DNA of 32,000 nucleotides from Candidatus Saccharimonadota bacterium (GTDB lineage Bacteria; Bacteroidota; Bacteroidia; Cytophagales; Amoebophilaceae): NCBI RefSeq assembly GCF_003351905.1, contig NZ_CP022339.1, positions 150,001 to 182,000 of the forward strand, read 5' to 3'. Shown piece by piece: positions 28,797 to 32,000 of this stretch (position 1 is its first letter; each line of letters starts with the position of its first letter). The notes under the pieces were generated by a model. It saw only the letters and a program-made list of their open reading frames with translations, ran no database searches and was not told where the DNA came from. The position numbers and the translations under genes were made by a program.

Positions 28797-29108
28797 ATGA
28801 TTCTGAATAAAAAAGTATATTTGGTGCCTAGAAACATACATGAATTGATTGCACCTACTGGCAATATTTATGAGAGTACGGTTATCATTACGAAACGTGC
28901 CAAGCAAATTGCTATGCATATGAAAGATGAGCTGGATCGTAAGCTGGAGGAATTTATGTCTATTACGGAAGAAAAGGATAGCATAGATGTTCAGCGGCAA
29001 TATGAGATTACCCAGCATTATGAAAAGCTTCCTAAGCCTGTATTAGAAGCTACTACAGAGTTTTTAGAAGGTGCTATTGCCTTTCGCTATATTCATGAAG
29101 AGGCCTAA
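28797..29108 (+). CDS. rpoZ: DNA-directed RNA polymerase subunit omega
   Basis: The start is set at MILNKKVYLV... The NIYESTVIITKRAKQI core resembles the RpoZ NRYxLvxxaakRArQl motif. About 103 aa, located immediately after bamD. Confidence 0.65.
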   Translation: MILNKKVYLVPRNIHELIAPTGNIYESTVIITKRAKQIAMHMKDELDRKLEEFMSITEEKDSIDVQRQYEITQHYEKLPKPVLEATTEFLEGAIAFRYIHEEA

Positions 29109-29190
29109 ACAAGGCGCTTTTAGACTCACTTTGTAAGTAAGAAAAAAGGTGTCTATTCACAGCATTGGTTCATAAGGCAATTTTATTTTT

Positions 29191-29334
29191 ACTTTTTTCT
29201 TGATAAAAAAGTGGACAAAAAATCAAGTCCTGGGCAAAAATTCGCTGCATCTGTCAGACGCCGTTTTCTAGGCCGTGACTTTTTTGAGGGGCGTTTTTCT
29301 TTTAAGACAAAAACCCAGTGACTTGAACAGATAC
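29191..29334 (+). repeat. Intergenic repeat module (hairpin ACTTTTTT/AAAAAAGT + GGACAAAAAA + ~60-bp module + degenerate core motif)
   Basis: TTGATAAAAAAGTGGACAAAAAA (29200..29222) is identical to 30541..30563. 29273..29334 aligns with 20317..20377. The core is AAAAACCCAGTGACTTGAACAGATAC at 29309..29334. Confidence 0.7.
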
Positions 29335-29388
29335 AAAAAAAATGCAATACAACTACCTTACTTAGGCGTAATGGTCTGAATGGGATAG

Positions 29389-30123
29389 ATGTTGAGGTTT
29401 ATGAACCCATTATATACCATAAAGCGTTTAGCGGTTGTGCAGTTCTTTGTGGCGGTTTGCTATTGGTTGCCTGGGTGTGGTATGCAACAGCCTAGTAACC
29501 AATCTTTTGATGTGACCGATCTGCTCACTACTTTTCCTGCATGTTTTTCTATGCAAGCTTCGATCGATTACATGGGTTTTGGTCCTACTTTTCGTTGCCG
29601 TGTGGTCTGTTGTGTAAGCTATAATCAGCGCATTGATTTTATTGTAAAAGGTCCTTTTGGTATAGAAATCATACATGGCTGCATCGATAAAAAGGGTGTG
29701 ACGGTAGTAGATCGGCTGCGTCATCTGGTCCACCAATGGGATTATCAGCGCATAGCGCAACATTATCATTTCATTTGCAGTTATCCATTGATGCAATCAT
29801 TACTGTTAGGTACAGGCCCTATTGGTCAGGGTGCGTTTTCTACCGATTTGGTTTACAGCTATGATGACCGGACGCGTAAGGTGATATCGGTACAATTACG
29901 TGATACAAAACAGGGCAACGCTTTTACGTTTTTATACCGATATAAGATGGTAGCAGATCGTACTTGTTTATCTGGAATTAAACTACGTTTCTTGTTCAAA
30001 GAGCAAACACAGTGCTATAAAGGTAGGGCAACCCTATATAAATTACATTTTAAACAGTTAAAGAGGCCAACCATTAGGCTGAGGATACCTACCTATTATC
30101 GCGTAGCATACCCACACCTATAA
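29389..30123 (+). CDS. Lipoprotein, LolB-like/DUF4292-like
   Basis: N-terminal VVQFFVAVCYWLPGCGMQQ (lipobox-like), about 240 aa, and an ...IDFIVKGPFGIEIIHGCIDKKGVTVVDRL... pattern that resembles DUF4292 as I recall it. The family call is unverified. Confidence 0.5.
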   Translation: MLRFMNPLYTIKRLAVVQFFVAVCYWLPGCGMQQPSNQSFDVTDLLTTFPACFSMQASIDYMGFGPTFRCRVVCCVSYNQRIDFIVKGPFGIEIIHGCIDKKGVTVVDRLRHLVHQWDYQRIAQHYHFICSYPLMQSLLLGTGPIGQGAFSTDLVYSYDDRTRKVISVQLRDTKQGNAFTFLYRYKMVADRTCLSGIKLRFLFKEQTQCYKGRATLYKLHFKQLKRPTIRLRIPTYYRVAYPHL

Positions 30124-30157
30124 ACAGGAAGGGTTGCTTTTTGATCCATGCAGCCTG

Positions 30158-30460
30158 CTACTTCGTTTTTTGTTCTAATTGCGTTGCAATCAGCTCTAAT
30201 TCTTTTAATATTTGTTGGGCAGCGCTTACAACATCCGTAATGACTTCTTTACCTGTAGTTTTTGCTTCATTTGTAAACGCATGCTTATTCCCCATGAGCT
30301 TTAGCATAAAAGCTTGTAACTTTTTTTTACATGACTTTAAATTGTAAAGCATTCCATCCCTAGCTACTGACCCTTTGGTAGGTGCAGCAAAAATGCCCAC
30401 AAAAGCACCTAGGCAAAACCCTAAACAAAGGATCAATATATTTTCAGTTCTTTTTATCAT
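30158..30460 (-). CDS. YtxH domain protein
   Basis: A TM helix ILILCLGFCLGAFVGIFAAPTKGSVARD (the LFAPxSGxxxR-type YtxH motif) followed by a helical tail. 100 aa. Confidence 0.7.
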   Translation of the reverse strand: MIKRTENILILCLGFCLGAFVGIFAAPTKGSVARDGMLYNLKSCKKKLQAFMLKLMGNKHAFTNEAKTTGKEVITDVVSAAQQILKELELIATQLEQKTK

Positions 30461-30528
30461 TATTGGATCAGTTAAATGGTTAGGTTATTGGTGTCTGTTC
30501 ACATTACTGGTTAATGATGAACTTTATC

Positions 30529-30584
30529 CCACTTTTTTTTTTGATAAAAAAGTGGACAAAAAACCACTGCGCTGAACACATACG
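30529..30584 (+). repeat. Intergenic repeat module (10-bp A/T hairpin + GGACAAAAAA + core motif)
   Basis: CCACTTTTTT-TTTTGAT-AAAAAAGTGG, followed by ACAAAAAACCACTGCGCTGAACACATACG. It shares 23 identical nt with 29200..29222 and the core with 20352, 15895 and 9105. Confidence 0.7.
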
Positions 30585-30694
30585 GTTATTGATTGTTCAA
30601 CTATGGATATCCCTTCAGTCCTATGGTTACGCTACCCCAAAACAAGAAAAAAATGCATCTTGTAAAAAATTACGATCAGCAGTTATGCTCTTTA

Positions 30695-31831
30695 TTATTG
30701 ATTTTCTACCCCTTTTAGGATTCCTTCTAGTACACCATTTATAAAGCAACCACTTTTAGTAGTGCCATACCATTTTGCTATTTCAATGTACTCATTTATA
30801 GATACTTTAAATGGTATATCCTTACATTCAAGCAATTCTGCCAAGGCCAATTTGAGTATCAACTTATCGGTTAAGAGGATACGGTCATTATCCCATTTTT
30901 GAGTCGCTTCACCAATCATAGCTTCATAGCGCGTGTTGTTTTCCATGACTATCGTCAGTAAGCGGTTATAAAATTCGGCTTCTAGTGCCCATTTTGGATG
31001 ATGCCAAAAGCGGGTAAATGCAGTCAAATCTTTTGTAGCGTGCATGATCACAACATGGATGAGCATTTTTTTTACTATGCGTTTGTGCTCGTCCCAATAG
31101 AGATCTGCCATAGCGAAAACATCATTCATGGGACCCTCTTGGAATATAATAGCTTGCAGGATGTATTCCAAAAGCTTTACACTATTATATGGCGTTGATC
31201 TATAAGCTTTAGGGATTATTGCAGGTTGGATGAATTGTCTATACCAATTTTCTATTTGGTAGGGATCTTTAGACCAGTTGACACTATTTTTAGCAATAGT
31301 ATCCATCCAGTTGCTGTTGTTACACAACGCTTCTAATAAAGGATCTTGTGCCAGCTGATGGGTAAGTAAATGTACTGCTGGTTCTAATGGGTTTTGTGCT
31401 CCTTTTATCTCTTTTGACCATTTGTACCATGCTACCAATAACTGCAAAATATACAAAAGACTCCTGTAGAGCGTCTCCTTAGATTGGTTAAAGTCATTCT
31501 GTACCCGTGTTTGGTCTTTGCCTAATGCTGCTACATAGTAGCCAAGCCGCCTGCGTACAGATTGTTCAATTTGCTTATGCGCTGGGTAAGAAAAATCTTG
31601 CATCGGTAGCGTTGTGGCCACTGCTTCTGAGAAAAGCGCCACGGCTACGCTTTGTGCTTTGGCTTGTTTGTCCTTTTGGTCGGGTGCATCTAAAAAGCTA
31701 TCAAATGTAAAATCTTTTTTTATTTGTTCTATCGCCTCTTGTTGATGTACTTTTTGTGCAATGGTGTATGCATAAAGATTTTGTAGCGCTTTTACGCGAA
31801 CAAAACGCCGAGGAATAAGGAACTTTTCCAT
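30695..31831 (-). CDS. nusB: Transcription antitermination factor NusB with a long N-terminal extension
   Basis: The C-terminal ~130 aa (WDNDRILLTDKLILKLALAELLECKDIPFKVSINEYIEIAKWYGTTKSGCFINGVLEGIL) is a NusB domain. A long N-terminal extension is common in Bacteroidota NusB. Confidence 0.85.
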   Translation of the reverse strand: MEKFLIPRRFVRVKALQNLYAYTIAQKVHQQEAIEQIKKDFTFDSFLDAPDQKDKQAKAQSVAVALFSEAVATTLPMQDFSYPAHKQIEQSVRRRLGYYVAALGKDQTRVQNDFNQSKETLYRSLLYILQLLVAWYKWSKEIKGAQNPLEPAVHLLTHQLAQDPLLEALCNNSNWMDTIAKNSVNWSKDPYQIENWYRQFIQPAIIPKAYRSTPYNSVKLLEYILQAIIFQEGPMNDVFAMADLYWDEHKRIVKKMLIHVVIMHATKDLTAFTRFWHHPKWALEAEFYNRLLTIVMENNTRYEAMIGEATQKWDNDRILLTDKLILKLALAELLECKDIPFKVSINEYIEIAKWYGTTKSGCFINGVLEGILKGVENQ

Positions 31832-31845
31832 TATCGTGCAGCTTT

Positions 31846-32000
31846 TTATCGGCCAACTTGGGCATTTTTTATGCTTTGAATGCGTGCTATAGCCATTTCT
31901 TGCGCTATTTCCTGTGTCGGGCGAGCACTATTTGCAGCTTTCGCTAATACATCCAGGCAGATGGTATAAAGCTGCTCTGTGCGTTGTTTGACCGAATGAT
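31846..32000 (-). CDS. 3' end of a gene running in from beyond the window (possibly Glu/Leu/Phe/Val dehydrogenase family)
   Basis: Manual translation: ...HSVKQRTEQLYTICLDVLAKAANSARPTQEIAQEMAIARIQSIKNAQVGR*. The pattern (..IY....EI...A.....T..AA..MA..RI) resembles the C-termini of Leu/Val dehydrogenases. Only 51 aa are visible. Confidence 0.3.
   Translation of the reverse strand, partial: HSVKQRTEQLYTICLDVLAKAANSARPTQEIAQEMAIARIQSIKNAQVGR

Noticed and set aside
26370-31710. Antisense or out-of-frame ORFs 26370..26672, 28677..29018, 29428..29796, 30141..30347, 30375..30575, 30514..30744, 30998..31198 and 31507..31710.
   Set aside because: Each overlaps a better-supported gene (OstA-like, bamD/rpoZ, lipoprotein, YtxH, nusB) or lies across repeat modules. 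None has recognisable motifs.

Overview
AT-rich bacterial chromosomal segment. Its gene content looks like Bacteroidota, Cytophagales-like, and resembles an intracellular symbiont of the Amoebophilus/Cardinium type; that assignment is inference from gene families only. Three conserved housekeeping blocks are present. The first is mfd (partial), gyrB, Smr, tsaB, an OM beta-barrel gene, tRNA-Glu, radA, birA and truB. The second is accD-lysS. The third is an OstA-like gene, bamD, rpoZ, a LolB-like lipoprotein gene, a YtxH-like gene, nusB and a partial dehydrogenase-like 3' end. These blocks are interrupted by accessory DNA. (1) An island of about 8.4 kb (12.1-20.5 kb) carries an IS256-family element whose transposase changes frame at an A5G run. 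It also carries a signal-peptide-bearing protein with four canonical eukaryote-type C2H2 zinc fingers plus basic and acidic tracts, which I consider the most interesting object (candidate host-nucleus effector). The rest of the island is about 1 kb of gene-free decayed DNA, remnants of Rpn/YhgA-like, transposase-like and primase-like genes, and an intact AAA-ATPase/PD-(D/E)XK fusion gene. (2) A tandem pair of strongly diverged paralogs (23.2-26.0 kb) carries a GFSQGG serine-hydrolase nucleophile elbow. (3) A family of short intergenic repeats or hairpin modules occurs at five or more sites, and there is a separate 138-bp MITE-like element. No CRISPR array and no rRNA were seen. The ORF track omits edge-truncated ORFs and ORFs under 60 aa: mfd, the 3'-end fragment, a 55-aa ORF and the transposase N-terminal piece were found by manual translation.
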